A stretch of 64,000 nt of DNA from Candidatus Polarisedimenticolaceae bacterium (GTDB lineage Bacteria; Acidobacteriota; Polarisedimenticolia; Polarisedimenticolales; DASRJG01), in NCBI GenBank assembly GCA_036376135.1, contig DASVAW010000119.1, positions 1,767 through 65,766 of the forward strand, in the 5' to 3' direction. The translations under genes and the position numbers were made by a program. Below the pieces are notes generated by a model, which was given only the letters and a program-made list of their open reading frames with translations, was not told the DNA's origin and did not search any database. Within the stretch, counting starts at the first letter, position 1, and each line of letters starts with the position of its first letter. Below are positions 29,554 through 38,984 of the stretch, in pieces.

Positions 29554-30012
29554 TCAGTTCGACGCGCGGACGTCGCCGGCGCTCTGGAGGGTCAGCCGGC
29601 CGCCCGTGGTCACGACCTGGGCGTTCGCGTCGAGGCGGGGAACCCGAAGGTCGCCCGAGGGGGTGCGGAGGTCGAGCGCGGAGCCGGCGGGGACGCGAAT
29701 CTCGTAGCGGACGCGGATCCCCTCGCGCCAGGCCTGCGAGTCGTTCTTGCGGGCGGTGAACTTGGTGAGCCCGGGCTTGACGTCGGTGCGGACGTTGAGA
29801 AGCTGGGCGATGTCGTCCCGGTCGGAGCTGATCGTGACGGACGCGGCCGCGTCACCGGTGGCGACCACGGTGACGGAGCCGGCGTCGGTCTCGAGCAGGA
29901 ACTTGCCGCCCGGGGTGATGGTCATTTCCTTCTCGATCTTGCCGCCGGCGAGGGCGGGAAGGGCGGCGAGAGCGAGAGCGGCGATCGACAGCGTGCGGAA
30001 CGTGATCTTCAT
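29554..30012 (-). CDS. small secreted protein, paralog of the N-terminal part of the DUF4097 protein
   Basis: Signal peptide. 'GGKIEKEMTITPGGKFLLETDAGSVTV' aligns with 'SRIEKTLKLAPGGKFFLDSQAGSVEV' of 27402..28322. Confidence 0.6.
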   Translation of the reverse strand: MKITFRTLSIAALALAALPALAGGKIEKEMTITPGGKFLLETDAGSVTVVATGDAAASVTISSDRDDIAQLLNVRTDVKPGLTKFTARKNDSQAWREGIRVRYEIRVPAGSALDLRTPSGDLRVPRLDANAQVVTTGGRLTLQSAGDVRASN

Positions 30013-30329
30013 CGTGGCCTCCTCGGATGTCCTCGGGGCGTCGCCCCGTCGTTTCGAATTCCCCGGTTGCGATCTCGAGTCACTCTCTCGATCGCGCCTG
30101 TACTACGCGTGAACGCTCCGGGGGGTTCCTTCCGGAAGGCTGGGTCGGATCACCTTTTACGATTCTTTACATCGCGAATACGCGCTTTTTTCGAGGCGAC
30201 GGAACCGCTCGCGGGGTCGGCGCGACCACTCGCCGCGCATCGCGGCCGCCGGCCCGCGCGCGGCGACCGCTCACGTCGGAGCGGTGCGCCGCACGCGGCC
30301 GGCGGCACGATCGCGCCGGTGAGCGGTGA

Positions 30330-33300
30330 CTACTCGAGGGCGCCCTCGACTCCGCAGGCGTTCACCGCGCTCACGCGGTAGTAGAACGACTCGGGAGCCG
30401 ACGCGGCGCCGGGGTGCACGAAGGTGCGCGTCTGGGTGGTTCCGATGCGAACCGCCTCCTCGAGCGCCGGACCGCCGAGCCGGTAGACCACGAACCGGGT
30501 CCCCGCGACCGGATCCGCCGTCCAATCGAGAACGACGTCGCTGCCGACGCGCGAGACGAGAATCGTGCCGACGGTCGAGGGGGAGGCGCATCCGCCGCAG
30601 CCCTGGTTGCGGTCGACGATGCGGAAGTCGTCGATCGCCGCCTCCACGAGCGAGCCGCCGACACCCCCGTCGCGGGCGGTGAATCGGAAGCGCATGAGCG
30701 CCGATGGCGTCGACACGCCCGCGAGCGGAAGGTCGGGGACGACCCACGCGAGAGGCGTCCCCGCGCCGACCTGCTCCAGACGGACCCACGACGCGCCGTC
30801 GTTGTTGGAGACGTCGACGTCGAACGGATCCTCCCCGGGATTGCCGCCCCGATCGTTGGTGAACCAGCGCGCGTAACGGACGACGGGATCGACCGCCCCG
30901 GTCAGGTCGTAGCGCGACGAAAGCAGCGTCGTGGTGCCCGTGTCGACGTCGAAGTCGCCGTCGCCCGCCCCGGCGGCAAGCCCCGTGACCCAGGCGTTCA
31001 CACCGGGATCGGCGGTCGTGTCGTCCCCCGGCTGCGCTCCCGTCGGCGCGGGATCGCCCCACTCCCAGCGCCCGGTGACGGCATCGTTCGGGGCGCTCGC
31101 CGTCCAGCCGGCGGGGCCGCCCTCGAACGCCTCCGAGATCAGGGGTTTGTCGAGCACGCGAGCGCCGCCCGTGAATCGCACGAGGTTGGCGTCTTCGTTC
31201 CCGAGGCCGTCGCGCGCGCGGACGACGTAGGTGTAGCTGGCCCCGGGGGCCAGCGCCGCATCGGTGAACGTCGTGGCGAACGTGGACGCCACGCGCGTCG
31301 CGGGCGAGGGAACGAACCCCGGGTCGGTCGAACGGTAGACCTCGTACGACACCGGGACCGAGCAGGTCTCGCTCGCCGCCGACCAGGTCAGCACCGTCTC
31401 CCCGCACGCGGTGCCGCTCGAGACGCCGCTCAACCCCGCGAACCCGGGGGGCACGAGGTCGGGGGCCGAGGGCGCGACGACCGTGCGGCGGACGAGGTTG
31501 GCGTCCTCCCCGGAGCGGGAGTCGTCCGCGCGGACGAGGTAGTGGTACGAGGCTCCGGGAGCGAGAAGGGAGTCCTGGAAGGTGGTGCCCGCGAGTCCCG
31601 TCGCGATGCGGTTCGCGGCCGACGGGACGAACGCGGGATCGGTGGACCGATAGACGTTGTAGCGAATCGCGGCGTTCTGGCAGTTCGTGGAGGCGGCGCT
31701 CCAGGACAACGCCACCTCGGCGCACGACGCACCGGGGGTCGCGGAAGCGAGGCCCGCGAACGTCGGCGCCGTGTAGCACGCGGGGGTCGCGTCGCACGTC
31801 GGCCGCTCGATCCGCACCTCGTCCACGGCCGCTTCGATCAGGTTCCCGGTTGCCGTGCCGTCGGCGACCTGGAAACGGATCCGGAACTGGGAGGTGAGGG
31901 CGACGAAGTCCTCGATGCGGAACTCGCGGCGCGTCCACGCCGTCGCCGACTGGTTCGTGTCGAGGTTCTCGACCGTGACCCAGCTCGAACCGCCGTTGGA
32001 CGAAACCTCGACGCGGAAGAAGTCGCCGCTGTCCTCGCCGAGGTCGCGGTTCGCGAACCAGCGCCAGAAGCTCAGTCGGGCCCCGGTCCGGCCGGTGAGG
32101 TCGATCACGGGGGAGAGCAAGGTCGTCACGCCGCCGTCGACGTCGTCGGTCCCTTCGCCCCCGGCGTTGGGCGCCGTGAACCAGCAGAACGTGCCGTCCT
32201 CGGAGACGTCGTCCCCGGGCTGCCACGCGGTCGGGTCGGGATCGCCGAGCGTCCATCCCCCGGCGGTGGCCGTGGAGCTCGCGGCGTCGCGCGTCCACCC
32301 CGAGGCGACCTCGAAGGCGTCGCGGCGGATCGTCTCGCGCGTTCCCATCACCACCTCGAGGTAGGACGTCTCGGGAACGCACCCGCTCCCGTCGGTCGGA
32401 TCGAGCCGGAACCGCACGGCGTCGCCGCACGCGACCTGGGCCGACGCGGTCGAGAAACGGAGGATCCCGGTGTTGTCGGCGGCGGCCCCCGGCTCCAGCG
32501 ACGGCCAGAAGTCGGTCGCGTTGAGCACCGTCACTCCCGGAGTGACGGGGACGAGCGTGGCCGAGGGGTTCCCCGAGGGGATCTCGCCGAAGTTCCCGAA
32601 CGCGACCCGAAGGTCGACTTCCTCCCCCGGATCGGGGAAACCGGAACGATTGCCGCGAGGAAGGTCGTCCGCGACCGCCGAAACGGCGGTCAGGATCGGC
32701 TGCGGGGTGAGACGCGCCGGCGTCCTGAGGTTGATCGGCGACTCGCACCCGGACGACGTCACGGCCATCACGACGTAGCCGTAGTCGGTCCCGGGGGCGA
32801 CATGGACGTCGGTGTACGCGGTCGTGGGGGCGTTCACGGTCGCGACGGGGAAGAACGGTGCGTTCTCGAGGATCTCGTTGCGCAGGACCTCGTAGCGCAC
32901 GGCGCCGGCGACCGGCGCCCACGACAGGGCGATGGTGCTGCACGACGGCGTCGCGGTGAGCGCCGGCTGCGCCGGGCGCGCGCACGGGGTCGAGGCGGGA
33001 CGCTGCGTCCCCGCGATCTCGTGGGCGTTGAAAGCCTGGTAGATCTCGGTCGCGTTCGGCGTCCCGTTCACGAGATTGCCGTCGTCGTCGTCCGCCTGGA
33101 GGTACGCGTCGTAGACGGGGGAGGGCCCGCTGGGCAGATACGAGCTCGCGTTGGGGAGCGACGTGAAGAAGATCCGCTCCGAGGTCCGCCATCCCGTGTG
33201 ATAACCGTGCTTGGCGACGAGCGCCTGGGAGAGGTCCCACGTGGTCTGCCCGTAGATTTCCCCTTCGCAGTGGACCTGGAATCCCTGCGCGCCGGTTCCC

Positions 33301-34796
33301 GCGCCGCACTTGGTGCCGACGTTCGTGCGGGTCATGAGCCCCTTGGACGACTTCGTCTTGTCGAGCTCGCGCACGGGGGAGCCGTTCGTGCGGAACCACG
33401 GCCCGATCGCCGAGGTCTGCGTCATGTGAACGGCCACCGCGTCGGCGGTCGCCTCGCCGGTGGCGCCGTCGCCGCCGAGGGTGTTTCCGTCGAGGCCGTG
33501 CCCCCACTCGTGCTGCATGACGTCGGAGATCTCGCCGGTGTTGTTGCACCCTCCTCCCGAGCGATAGAAGTTCGCGCTCCCGTCCCAGAAGGCGTTGCAC
33601 GTGGAGAGGATGTTCACGTTGGTGACGATCGTCGTGTCGAGCCAGCCGAGCGACGGGAGCCACTTCTTCCCGAGACGTCGGACCTGGTTCAGGTGGAAAA
33701 ACGCGTTGCGGTCCGCCCGCGTCGAGAATCCGTTCCCGACGGCGTCCGCGCCCCCCAGACCGAAGTCCAGCCGCCCCGTTCCGACCGACGACGCGACGAG
33801 GGGAGACGCCGGGTTCGTGCAGCCGTCGACGCAGTTCACGTCGAACCACCGCCCGCCGAGCGCCGAGGAGGCGCTCCCGCCGGCGTAGGTGAACGACCCG
33901 GCGGCGTCGGCGACGACCGCCGCCGGCGCCTGGACACTCGTGAAGGGGAACGGGACCCGGATCTCCTGGTCCACGACCGTGCGCGGGTAGACGCCGCCGG
34001 TCACCCGGCCGTACTGGTTCACGTCGCGGAAGGCGACGACCTCGCCGGTGCGGGCGTCGACGCGACCCTGCCACGTCTCGACGCGCCCAGGAACCTTGTA
34101 TTCGACGATCCAGACGAGACGATGGGCGATCCCTTCCCGGCCGTCGTCCTCGAGCTGGATCACGAGCGCGGGCTGTCCGCGGAACCGCGCGACCTCCTCG
34201 TCCCCCGACCAGCGGGCGAGGATGCGTCGCGCCGCCTCCCCCTCGATCGCGGGGCGGGTCGACACCGCGCTGTCGCCGACGAACGGAGCGCCGAACTGGG
34301 TGATGTTCCCCGAGTTGATCCGGACGAACGCGTACGCCCCCTCGACGGGGACGCCGTCGATCGACCATCGGTACTGGAGAGTGTGCAGGCGTCCGTCGGC
34401 GCTGGACACGCTCGCCTTCGGGTCGAGCTCGAGCCGACCCCGAACGGGGCCGACGAGCGCGGCGTTCTCGAGCAGGAAGGACTCGACGAGGGGAGCCAGG
34501 GTCTCGATCCCCACCTCCCCATCGCGCAGCGGCAGGCCCGCGAGCGCGCGAGCGTCGAGGGTGTTCCCCCGCCCCGGCACGATCGGGATCCCGCGTCCCT
34601 GGACCATCACCATCCGTCCGGTCCGGCGGTCGCGCACGAACTCCCGTTCGCCCTCGCTCGACGACTCGGTCGACGTCACCGGCGGGCGAAGGGGCCGGAT
34701 CCGCGGATCCTGCGCCCCGTGATCGTGTGGATCGGTGACGGCGTACGCGGCGGAGGCCCCGACCGCGAGGCAGACGATTCCCAGGACTCGGCGCAT
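30330..34796 (-). CDS. secreted thermolysin-like (clan MA, M4/M36-like) multidomain metalloprotease, 1488 aa
   Basis: Signal peptide at ATG 34796. 'NAFWDGSANFYRSGGG...DVMQHEWGHGLD' and 'GEATADAV' zinc motifs. Three FN3-like modules, two of them a tandem duplicate at about 31170-31720. Two MAM/jelly-roll-like modules. Confidence 0.85.
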   Translation of the reverse strand: MRRVLGIVCLAVGASAAYAVTDPHDHGAQDPRIRPLRPPVTSTESSSEGEREFVRDRRTGRMVMVQGRGIPIVPGRGNTLDARALAGLPLRDGEVGIETLAPLVESFLLENAALVGPVRGRLELDPKASVSSADGRLHTLQYRWSIDGVPVEGAYAFVRINSGNITQFGAPFVGDSAVSTRPAIEGEAARRILARWSGDEEVARFRGQPALVIQLEDDGREGIAHRLVWIVEYKVPGRVETWQGRVDARTGEVVAFRDVNQYGRVTGGVYPRTVVDQEIRVPFPFTSVQAPAAVVADAAGSFTYAGGSASSALGGRWFDVNCVDGCTNPASPLVASSVGTGRLDFGLGGADAVGNGFSTRADRNAFFHLNQVRRLGKKWLPSLGWLDTTIVTNVNILSTCNAFWDGSANFYRSGGGCNNTGEISDVMQHEWGHGLDGNTLGGDGATGEATADAVAVHMTQTSAIGPWFRTNGSPVRELDKTKSSKGLMTRTNVGTKCGAGTGAQGFQVHCEGEIYGQTTWDLSQALVAKHGYHTGWRTSERIFFTSLPNASSYLPSGPSPVYDAYLQADDDDGNLVNGTPNATEIYQAFNAHEIAGTQRPASTPCARPAQPALTATPSCSTIALSWAPVAGAVRYEVLRNEILENAPFFPVATVNAPTTAYTDVHVAPGTDYGYVVMAVTSSGCESPINLRTPARLTPQPILTAVSAVADDLPRGNRSGFPDPGEEVDLRVAFGNFGEIPSGNPSATLVPVTPGVTVLNATDFWPSLEPGAAADNTGILRFSTASAQVACGDAVRFRLDPTDGSGCVPETSYLEVVMGTRETIRRDAFEVASGWTRDAASSTATAGGWTLGDPDPTAWQPGDDVSEDGTFCWFTAPNAGGEGTDDVDGGVTTLLSPVIDLTGRTGARLSFWRWFANRDLGEDSGDFFRVEVSSNGGSSWVTVENLDTNQSATAWTRREFRIEDFVALTSQFRIRFQVADGTATGNLIEAAVDEVRIERPTCDATPACYTAPTFAGLASATPGASCAEVALSWSAASTNCQNAAIRYNVYRSTDPAFVPSAANRIATGLAGTTFQDSLLAPGASYHYLVRADDSRSGEDANLVRRTVVAPSAPDLVPPGFAGLSGVSSGTACGETVLTWSAASETCSVPVSYEVYRSTDPGFVPSPATRVASTFATTFTDAALAPGASYTYVVRARDGLGNEDANLVRFTGGARVLDKPLISEAFEGGPAGWTASAPNDAVTGRWEWGDPAPTGAQPGDDTTADPGVNAWVTGLAAGAGDGDFDVDTGTTTLLSSRYDLTGAVDPVVRYARWFTNDRGGNPGEDPFDVDVSNNDGASWVRLEQVGAGTPLAWVVPDLPLAGVSTPSALMRFRFTARDGGVGGSLVEAAIDDFRIVDRNQGCGGCASPSTVGTILVSRVGSDVVLDWTADPVAGTRFVVYRLGGPALEEAVRIGTTQTRTFVHPGAASAPESFYYRVSAVNACGVEGALE

Positions 34797-34890
34797 CCAT
34801 ACCCCCAGCTGCTCGGAAACGGCCCCGGCGGGCCGGAGATGTGATACGAGGAGACCGCTCGCGCCGCCACCCCGACCCAGGAGGATCTCC

Positions 34891-35622
34891 GTGTTCCCGA
34901 CCCGAGCGCTTCTGATTCTCGCGTTTTTCGCCCCGATCGCCGCGGCCGGCGACGGCCCCATCCAGGACAACTCGTTCCTCGTGGAAGAGGCGTACAACCA
35001 GGAAACGAGGGTCGTGCAGCACATCAGCAACTGGACGCGCGACGACGACAGCGGCGACTGGGCCTACACCTTCACGCAGGAGTGGCCGGTGAGGAGCCAG
35101 AAGCACCAGCTCGGCTTCACGCTCCCCTACGTCCACCTCGAGGATCGCAACGGCGTCGGCGATCTGTTCGTCAACTGGCGCTACCAGGCGGTGGGAAGCG
35201 GCGAGACGCCGGTGGCGTTCGCGCCGCGCCTCTCGCTCCTCCTGCCGACCGGAGACGACGACCGCGGGCGCGGCTCCGGCGAGCTCGGCGCGCAGGTGAA
35301 CCTCCCGCTCAGCGTCACCCTGGGAAAGAGGTTCGTCTCGCACCTCAATGCGGGGGCGACGATCGTCGCCGACCTCGACACGTGGAACGCGGGGGCGTCG
35401 CTGATCTGGCTCGCACGCCCGCGATTCAACGTGATGCTCGAGTCGTCCTACGTGGAGGGGGACGAGGACGCGATCTTCCTCGTCAGCCCCGGGGTCCGGT
35501 GGTCGCACGACCTGAAGAGCGGGCTTCAGATCGTCCCCGGAATCGCCGCGCCGATCGGGGTCGGCGCGAGCAGCGGCGCCCGCTCGATCTTCCTCTACGT
35601 CAGCTTCGAGCACCCCTACTGA
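34891..35622 (+). CDS. outer-membrane beta-barrel protein (MetA-pathway/transporter-like)
   Basis: GTG at 34891 preceded by AGGAGG. Signal peptide, 'DNSFLVEEAYNQE' N-terminus, alternating beta pattern, aromatic C-terminus. Confidence 0.6.
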   Translation: MFPTRALLILAFFAPIAAAGDGPIQDNSFLVEEAYNQETRVVQHISNWTRDDDSGDWAYTFTQEWPVRSQKHQLGFTLPYVHLEDRNGVGDLFVNWRYQAVGSGETPVAFAPRLSLLLPTGDDDRGRGSGELGAQVNLPLSVTLGKRFVSHLNAGATIVADLDTWNAGASLIWLARPRFNVMLESSYVEGDEDAIFLVSPGVRWSHDLKSGLQIVPGIAAPIGVGASSGARSIFLYVSFEHPY

Positions 35623-37231
35623 GGTCCGGGGCGCGTCGCGACTCCAGGATCGCGTCCGCCGCGCGGTTCCCGTGGAAGAACGCCTCCTCGATCAGCGGCA
35701 GGCCCGCCAGGTCGGCGTTCGCGAAGTGAAGGCGGCCGAGCGGACGGGACGCCGCCACGCGATCCCGTCCGAAGCGGAACCCCGGCACCGCCCGCACCAT
35801 CGCGTGCCCCCATTTCATGACGTCCAGCCGCGCGACGCGGGACCGAAGGTCGGGATGGGCGCGGTCGAGGTCGGACAGGACCCGCTCGGCGAGCTGGGGC
35901 TGCGTGGCCTTCTCCAGCCGGTCGCGGGCGTCGCGCGGGTCGCGACCGGCGAGCGCCTCGTACCAGGTCCACACCGTCTCGCCTCGGTCGATCCCCGCCT
36001 GGTGGGTGGCGACGACATAGCCGAGCGCGTCGCTCTCGTAGAGGACGTTGTCCCAGGCGGCGGGGAATCCGCGATCCACGGGGCGGTCGCGAAGGTGCAG
36101 GTTCGCGACGAGCCAGGGGGCGTAGGTGAAGGCGTCGAGGTGATCGGGGGGCTCGCGGCGCCACGGGCCGACGACGTGGCGCGCGACGAACTGGGGCGCC
36201 GCGAAGATCGCGTGCCGGGCGCGCAAGCCGCGGACCTCCCCCGACGCCGCGGCGGCGACGATCTCCACCCCCTCGGCGACCGGCTCGACGTCGATCGCGA
36301 CCACCCCGGTTCGGATCGCGCCGCGGGCGAAACGGGCGAGGTGCGAAACGATGCGCCCGTTCCCCTCGGGCCACGTGAGCAGCGGCTCGGATTCGCGACC
36401 GGGCTTCGGAATCCGGGCCGCGAAGTAGTACAGCCCCGCCCAGGCGCTGGTCCCTTCCGCGCGCAGCCCGTAGTCGTCGCGGCAGGCGTAATCGACGAGC
36501 CACCGCAGGCGCGGCGAGCCGAACCCCCTCTCGTCCATCCACGACGCCATCGTGATCGCGTCGAGCGCGGCGAGGTCGGCGTCGTCGGAACCCGCGTCCG
36601 ACGGGACCGCGAACGCGCGGCGACCGCGTCCGTCCACGCGCCCCGACCAATCGTCGAGGATCGACTGGAACCGACGCAGTTCCTCGAGGTCGGCCGGCCC
36701 GGCGCCGGCGGTCAGGTAGAGCCCCTCGTACCACCGCCCGCGGTAGAAGACCCGTTCCTCCGGGTCCCGGACGAGCACCTCCTCGGCGAAGACCGGCTCG
36801 CCCTCGACGTCGCGCCCCTCGACGACGCCCATCTCGTCGAGCAGCTCGACGAGGTCCGGATTGGAGGCCGCGGGAGCGGGGAGGTAGTGCGCCCCCCACG
36901 GATGCGCGAGTCCCCCGGTCCGCCCCGATCGCGAGGTGCCGCCGACCGCCGGCTCGACGTCGAGGAGCACGAAGTCCTCCACGCCCGCGCGGCGCAGCCG
37001 CCGCGCGGCGGCGAGTCCGGCAATCCCCGCGCCGACGATCGCGACCTCGACGTGCTCCCACCGATCGGGGCCGGGACGCTCGACGCGAGCCTCCCGGACC
37101 CGGTGTCCCAGCGAGGCCGCGGCGCCGACGACCTCCCCTTCCGGGAGCGGCGCCTGGATCGGCGCGAGCCGGCACGCCGCCGCCCCCGCGCTCGCCCCGA
37201 GGGCGGCGCGCAGGAAGTCGCGCCGCCTCAT
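35600..37231 (-). CDS. Tat-signal FAD-dependent oxidoreductase (amine-oxidase-like)
   Basis: 'MRRRDFLRAALGASAGAAA' twin-arginine signal. 'VAIVGAGIAGLAAARRL' dinucleotide fold. ATGA overlap with the SpeE-like stop. Confidence 0.8.
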   Translation of the reverse strand: MRRRDFLRAALGASAGAAACRLAPIQAPLPEGEVVGAAASLGHRVREARVERPGPDRWEHVEVAIVGAGIAGLAAARRLRRAGVEDFVLLDVEPAVGGTSRSGRTGGLAHPWGAHYLPAPAASNPDLVELLDEMGVVEGRDVEGEPVFAEEVLVRDPEERVFYRGRWYEGLYLTAGAGPADLEELRRFQSILDDWSGRVDGRGRRAFAVPSDAGSDDADLAALDAITMASWMDERGFGSPRLRWLVDYACRDDYGLRAEGTSAWAGLYYFAARIPKPGRESEPLLTWPEGNGRIVSHLARFARGAIRTGVVAIDVEPVAEGVEIVAAAASGEVRGLRARHAIFAAPQFVARHVVGPWRREPPDHLDAFTYAPWLVANLHLRDRPVDRGFPAAWDNVLYESDALGYVVATHQAGIDRGETVWTWYEALAGRDPRDARDRLEKATQPQLAERVLSDLDRAHPDLRSRVARLDVMKWGHAMVRAVPGFRFGRDRVAASRPLGRLHFANADLAGLPLIEEAFFHGNRAADAILESRRAPDLSRGARS

Positions 37232-38733
37232 CGCTCCCATCGGCGCCACTCGTCCTCGTAGTAACGGACGAGCGCCTGGTTGTCGAGGCGGTTCACCTCG
37301 ACCTCGACCGGCCCGAGATCGGGGGGCAGGGTGAACATCGCGCGAAGCGTCGCGTCGTCGAGGAACCGCAGGCCCTCGGGCGCGCGCTCGGGAGGATCGA
37401 ACGGCATCGGCCGCGCGAGCACGAACCCCCAGACGCCGAACGACGGGACCGCGACCTGGTACGGCGCGACGTGCCACCCCGCGGACTCGAGGGTGCGCAC
37501 GATGCACCAGAACGACCGCCGCGCGAACAGCGGCGAGCCCGCCTGCACCGCGATCGCGCCCCCCGGCGCCAGGCGGGCCGCGAGCAGCCGGTAGAAGCGC
37601 CGGGTGTACAGCTTGCCGAGGGCGAAGCTGTTCGGGTCCGGGAAGTCCGCGATCACGACGTCGAAGCGCGCGTCGTGCTCCTCGATCCACAACATGGCGT
37701 CGCGGTTCACGACGGTCACCCGCGGGTCCTCGAAGGCGCGCGCGTTGAGCTCGACCAGCGGAGGGAAGCGTCGCGACAGGTCGGTCATCCCCGGGTCGAG
37801 ATCGACGAGGGTCACCGACGCGACCTCCGGGTACCGCAGCACCTCGCGCAGCGCCAGCCCGTCCCCCCCGCCCAGGATCAGCACCCGTCGCGGCCGCTCC
37901 ACCGCGGCCATCGCGGGATGGGCGAGCGCCTCGTGGTAGCGGTACTCGTCGACGGAGTGGAACTGGAGGTTGCCGTTGAGGTACAGCGAGAAGCCGCTGC
38001 GTCCCTGGGTGACGACGATGCGCTGGTAGGGCGTGGTGACGGCCCGCACGATCTCGTCGGGGAAGAGGTCGGCCTCGGCGTAGGTCGCGAGCCGGTCGGC
38101 GCCGGCGAATCCCGCCCCCAGCAGGAGGACGACGCCCCCGGCCTGGAGCCGCAGGAGGCGCACGCCGCGGCCGAGCTCCGACCGCAGGAGCCACGTCCCC
38201 CAGAACGCGACGAGCCCGTTGAGGATCCCCATGAGCAGCGAGGTGCGCGTCAGCCCCAGGCGGGGCACGAGGAACAGCGGGAAGAGCAGCGACGCGACGA
38301 GCGCGCCGACGTAATCGAAGGCGAGGACCTTGGAGACCACTTCCTTGAACTCGAGGGACTCCTTCAGGATCCGCATCAGCAGCGGGATCTCGAGTCCGAC
38401 GAGCACGCCGATCGCGAAGACGACGCCGTAGAGGAGCAGCGAGAACCAGGTGAGGCGGCCGAACCCCAGGTAGAGGATCGGCGCCGAGAGCCCGCCGAGC
38501 AGCGCGACCGCCGACTCGACCTCGACGAAGCGACGGGCGAGCCCCTTGTCGACGAAACGCGAGAGCCAGGCCCCGACCCCCATCGCCGAGAGGTAGATCC
38601 CGATCACGAGGGAGAACTGGGTGACGGAGTCCCCGAGCACGTACGACGCGAGGGTCCCCGCGAGCAGCTCGTAGACGAGCCCGCACACCGCCACCACGAA
38701 CACGTTCGCGAAGAGCAGCGACGGGCGCGGCAC
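37228..38733 (-). CDS. polytopic membrane spermidine/spermine-synthase-like aminopropyltransferase
   Basis: N-terminal ~200 aa with multiple TM helices, then 'VLILGGGDGLALREVL' and 'VIADFPDP' SpeE motifs. GTG start at 38733. Confidence 0.85.
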   Translation of the reverse strand: MPRPSLLFANVFVVAVCGLVYELLAGTLASYVLGDSVTQFSLVIGIYLSAMGVGAWLSRFVDKGLARRFVEVESAVALLGGLSAPILYLGFGRLTWFSLLLYGVVFAIGVLVGLEIPLLMRILKESLEFKEVVSKVLAFDYVGALVASLLFPLFLVPRLGLTRTSLLMGILNGLVAFWGTWLLRSELGRGVRLLRLQAGGVVLLLGAGFAGADRLATYAEADLFPDEIVRAVTTPYQRIVVTQGRSGFSLYLNGNLQFHSVDEYRYHEALAHPAMAAVERPRRVLILGGGDGLALREVLRYPEVASVTLVDLDPGMTDLSRRFPPLVELNARAFEDPRVTVVNRDAMLWIEEHDARFDVVIADFPDPNSFALGKLYTRRFYRLLAARLAPGGAIAVQAGSPLFARRSFWCIVRTLESAGWHVAPYQVAVPSFGVWGFVLARPMPFDPPERAPEGLRFLDDATLRAMFTLPPDLGPVEVEVNRLDNQALVRYYEDEWRRWER

Positions 38734-38738
38734 CGGGA

Positions 38739-38984
38739 TCAGCCGGAGATCGCGGCGGCGACGATGATCGCGAGCCCGAGCAGCGCGGCGCCCATCACGA
38801 TCCCCATCGCGACGTTGTGGTCCTGCTCGATCTCCTTGCGCAGGGAGAAGGGCGAGAGCTTCCCCATCACCCAGATCGCGAACGCGAACAGGACGATCCC
38901 GAGCAGCGACCACATCGCCGTCTGCGCGAGCAGCGTGGCGAGGTCGCGCCAGGGGAGCAGGATTCCGAGAACGGACGTCATCAT
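38739..38984 (-). CDS. DUF350 (YjfL-like) small membrane protein
   Basis: 81 aa, two or three TM helices, 'EIEQDHNVAMGI' motif. GAGGAGG RBS. Start overlaps the upstream stop (ATGA). Confidence 0.7.
   Translation of the reverse strand: MMTSVLGILLPWRDLATLLAQTAMWSLLGIVLFAFAIWVMGKLSPFSLRKEIEQDHNVAMGIVMGAALLGLAIIVAAAISG

Noticed and set aside
30027-30381. ORFs 30027..30329 and 30067..30381 (+) in the long intergenic gap
   Set aside because: Arg/Ser/Pro-rich translations, no RBS, and overlap with the 3' end of the protease gene. The region is better explained as non-coding leader and terminator sequence.
30271-35613. Giant ORFs 30271..35613 (-, 1780 aa) and 30414..34844 (+, 1476 aa)
   Set aside because: Both are shadow frames of the 30330..34796 protease gene. 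Their translations are dominated by R/P/G/A runs with no motifs. The chosen frame has a signal peptide, an HExxH site, FN3-like repeats and balanced composition.
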